From contig JBMNHS010000001.1 in NCBI GenBank assembly GCA_050950505.1, forward strand, positions 1,088,001 through 1,152,000: 64,000 nucleotides of DNA, read 5' to 3'. This document shows positions 61,031-64,000 of the stretch, in pieces (position 1 is the first letter of the stretch; each line of letters opens with the position of its first letter). The position numbers were made by a program, and so were the translations under genes. This DNA is from Candidatus Methanomethylophilaceae archaeon (GTDB taxonomy: Archaea > Thermoplasmatota > Thermoplasmata > Methanomassiliicoccales > Methanomethylophilaceae). The notes under the pieces were generated by a model. The model worked only from the letters and a program-made list of their open reading frames with translations, did no database searches and was not told the origin of the DNA.

Positions 61031-64000
61031 AGTTTCACCTCCAGGGATTTCAGGTAAGCGATTGCTTTCGATCTGTCGAGAATGTCGTGGTACCTCTGGT
61101 TGGCGTAAGTTCTGAGGCAGGAGTAACAGGAATGGTTTCCGTCGGCTCCTCCGCAGGTACACTGTTCCATCATGTTCAACGAGAAGGTCAGAACCTTTTT
61201 CAGACTCTCTTCGTTGTGAAGTGCTTTCACATAGCCGGAACCTCCGGGCGTGTTGTCAAAGATAATGAATGTGTACTCATTATCAGTATTATCCAGACAT
61301 CCGGAAACCTCTTTGTTGTCTATTCCGAAGGTTCTGCAGAATCCTTCCTGCAAAGCCTGTAAAACCGAAACGGCGGTTTCAAAATCGGTGCAGGGGGTAG
61401 TAATGAACCGTAACATCACTATGTCGGTTTTGAATATATGGCCGAGACTGAGGGGCCTCAGGAATTTGTTCTTGCATTCAACACCTCTTTCATTCTCGTG
61501 CTTTGTATCCCGCACGCCTTCGTTCTGAATTTTTCCGAATCCGCAAACTTCACAAATCATGAACTTGGTATCGTTGATTGCGGTCAAACGTCCGTTTTCA
61601 CGGGAAATCAGTTGCAATGATTCATTATCCACTGTGATTATGTCTGTTTCCCTGGAGTACTTTTCACTCAGCGATATGTCACTTGAATAGGACTTGACGG
61701 GTTTTTCAGACACGTTGGTTTTGTTGTCATTAGGATTGTACATAAACCCGAATTCAGGCTTGATGAATCTCTCCTCGCCATGTAGCTTCTCACCGCAAGA
61801 ACAGACATCCAAATCCCCCTCGTCATCGATGAAATTGTCCAGTTTGACAGAAATCTTTCTGCAGTGTCCGCATTTTCTGAATTTGTAGATAGGCCAGCCC
61901 CTTCCGTACATTTTCTTCACAAATTTACTGGTCAGTTTGTTACCGTCCACCATAACTTCGGAACCGGGGGCGTAATCCGATATTCCGATCAGCGCATTTC
62001 TTGACAGATTGTATTTTTTAGGATACGAACTGACCGGAACCAATTCCACTGTATCTACAGGGAAACCGTATTTCGGAATTATATTGTGTGAGGATAAGAA
62101 ATCGAGAGTTTCGGTATGTTCAAAAGTTGAAAGCACTCTGTCTGCTTTGCTTGCCGATCTCAGCAGTTTTCTTCTATCTCCGGAGGATATCTTTGAATCG
62201 CTCTGTTGTATGCGCGTGAAGGATTCTTCCATATGTTCGCAATCTTCCTTAAATTCCTCCACTGCCATTCTCATCCGTCCGTATTTTTCATTGAACAGAT
62301 GTTCCGTCCATGCGAAGTTGTTCGGATCCAATTTGGTATCGTCTTCAGCCAGAGGTGAATCCAAAGGGTTCGGCAATACTTTACAGAGGTATTTTTTCAA
62401 GGTTTCCGGTTCCGATTCCATATATCTTTGGAATTCTCCGTAAGAATCGATGAATTCAGGTGTTTTTTTAGGGTAGGAACTGTAACCATTCTCAACCCAG
62501 AAATAACGCAGAGCGGAAGCAAACATGTGCCTGATTGCAATGTTGGGGTTGTCCGCTTTTATTTTCGGTACAGGAATCTGTCCGTTTATCATGTCCAAGG
62601 GATTATTGAAGAATGACACATCGTGAGACATTTCCCTGCAGAACGTAACCGCGAAAGCAGATGAGTCCGGACCTCTTCCGGCTCTTCCCGCCCTCTGAAT
62701 ATAGTTGGCCGAAGAAGGAGGAACATTCCTCATAAGAACCGTGTTGAGATCCCCTATATCCACACCCATCTCGAAAGTGGTCGAACAGCTCAAAGCGTTC
62801 AGTCTGCCTTCTTTGAAAGAGTTCTGTGTCTCCCTTGCTGCGTCTATGTTCAACTGCGCGGTGTGTTCCGCGATTCTGAGATGTTTCAACGGGGATTTGA
62901 TTACCTGTCTAGTGTAGTGGTCCAATCCGCTTATATCCAAGGTGCCGTTCTTTTCCTCGCGAATAATTCTCATTACGTCTGTTTCGAATCTCTCAAGTGT
63001 CGATGTGACGCATCTGGGACAGATGCCTTTGACCGAGAACGGGAAATTCTTTTTACAGGAACTGCACCTGTAATAATGTTCGGGAATTATTACGTTCAGA
63101 CTGTCCAGATTCAAGAAACTGCAGGATTCTGAATTGTCGTATTCCAAAAAGTGATTGAAAGTCGAGAGTACGAATCTTTCAACTAAATCCTCATTGCCAT
63201 CAAAAACACTGAGAAGGTAAGAGTTCATTCTTTTGTTCAGCAAGGGTTTTATGCGATTTGTATTCTTAGTGTCCGTGGTGTACCCGTAACGGTATTCGTA
63301 CTTCTTCAGAGATCCGTCGGTATTACACACAGCCCTGTTATCTCGTATGTGTTTCAACACCGAATTTACAAGATTGTAGAACGTGTCTGTATCCAATCCG
63401 AAAGCATTCTTTTCGAACGGAACGAAGTCGTTGCCATTAGTTATTCTTCCGGCTTCAAAACGTAAAAATCCCATATATTCCATTGAACGGTACGAGTTGT
63501 TGCAGGAACATTCCCTTCTCAATCCTTCGACCAGATCGTTCTTTGGAAAGTGCAGACCGTTGGTGTTGGAAATGTTACCCAACAAAGTCACAGCTTCTTC
63601 GTAAGGAATGCCTTTCATGAACAAGTCCGTATAGTTCTTCATCGCTTCGAAAATCACACGTTTCATGAGTATTCCGCGATAGGTGTCCGAAAGATAAGCG
63701 GAAAAGAAGGCGGCAGACTGCCTGCTGTCCGAGAACGAAAGGAATCTGTCGTCCTTTCCTTTGATCAGATCCTCATAAAGAGAAGACGCAATAACAGAGG
63801 TGGAAGCATCCTGTCCCAAATACAGCTGTCTGAGAAGACCCCGTTTTGTGTTGGAGTTCTTGCATACCGGACATACAGACACTTTCTCTTTGTCACTTAT
63901 TTTTATGATTTTATTCAGATAAATTTCACCGCAATCACAGGAACGGTCACCTTCAACATAGGAAATCATTCCGCATTTGCTGCAGAGAAGTCTCGACTCT
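61027..64000 (-). CDS. Large SF2 helicase with C-terminal DUF1998 (DruE-like); N-terminus outside the window
   Basis: FSDSRQ, AEHTAQL, STTFEMGVDIG, YIQRAGRAGR and FDNTPGGSG...CTC...SCYSCL motifs; frame open to the window edge. Confidence 0.88.
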   Translation of the reverse strand, partial: ESRLLCSKCGMISYVEGDRSCDCGEIYLNKIIKISDKEKVSVCPVCKNSNTKRGLLRQLYLGQDASTSVIASSLYEDLIKGKDDRFLSFSDSRQSAAFFSAYLSDTYRGILMKRVIFEAMKNYTDLFMKGIPYEEAVTLLGNISNTNGLHFPKNDLVEGLRRECSCNNSYRSMEYMGFLRFEAGRITNGNDFVPFEKNAFGLDTDTFYNLVNSVLKHIRDNRAVCNTDGSLKKYEYRYGYTTDTKNTNRIKPLLNKRMNSYLLSVFDGNEDLVERFVLSTFNHFLEYDNSESCSFLNLDSLNVIIPEHYYRCSSCKKNFPFSVKGICPRCVTSTLERFETDVMRIIREEKNGTLDISGLDHYTRQVIKSPLKHLRIAEHTAQLNIDAARETQNSFKEGRLNALSCSTTFEMGVDIGDLNTVLMRNVPPSSANYIQRAGRAGRGPDSSAFAVTFCREMSHDVSFFNNPLDMINGQIPVPKIKADNPNIAIRHMFASALRYFWVENGYSSYPKKTPEFIDSYGEFQRYMESEPETLKKYLCKVLPNPLDSPLAEDDTKLDPNNFAWTEHLFNEKYGRMRMAVEEFKEDCEHMEESFTRIQQSDSKISSGDRRKLLRSASKADRVLSTFEHTETLDFLSSHNIIPKYGFPVDTVELVPVSSYPKKYNLSRNALIGISDYAPGSEVMVDGNKLTSKFVKKMYGRGWPIYKFRKCGHCRKISVKLDNFIDDEGDLDVCSCGEKLHGEERFIKPEFGFMYNPNDNKTNVSEKPVKSYSSDISLSEKYSRETDIITVDNESLQLISRENGRLTAINDTKFMICEVCGFGKIQNEGVRDTKHENERGVECKNKFLRPLSLGHIFKTDIVMLRFITTPCTDFETAVSVLQALQEGFCRTFGIDNKEVSGCLDNTDNEYTFIIFDNTPGGSGYVKALHNEESLKKVLTFSLNMMEQCTCGGADGNHSCYSCLRTYANQRYHDILDRSKAIAYLKSLEVKL

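Noticed and set aside
1-64000. CRISPR array, rRNA, integrase/provirus, pyl genes
   Set aside because: No repeat-spacer array, rRNA, integrase, viral structural genes or pylTSBCD were recognised in this window.

Overview
Archaeal chromosomal window, most likely from a Methanomassiliicoccales (Thermoplasmatota) methanogen. The assignment is inferred from methanogenesis marker 2, RFC large subunit, Taw1, an archaeal SRP RNA and amber-codon behaviour. Bases 1-38.8 kb are mostly housekeeping: corA, nrdD, SRP RNA, rfcL, taw1, sfsA, tRNA-Ser(UGA), an XPD-like helicase, a PdxK-GNAT fusion and a six-gene Ehr (hydrogenase-related, no NiFe ligands) operon. Bases 38.8-64 kb form a defence island: an HNH relic, pbeABCD converging on dndCDE (DNA phosphorothioation), an IS1634-like relic, a PLD-helicase-DUF3427 gene, a UvrD relic, and a Druantia-like run of DUF1998 helicase, 886-aa unknown, SF1 helicase and transglutaminase-like genes. 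Top observations: (1) an orphan, strongly base-paired ~235-nt RNA-like element at 917-1149 with its own TATA box; (2) the four-gene Druantia-like module; (3) in-frame TAG codons inside two otherwise intact genes, while no credible gene ends in TAG, pointing to pyrrolysine recoding; (4) probable non-canonical CTG and ACG starts. All family calls come from motif recognition by eye; no database searches were run.
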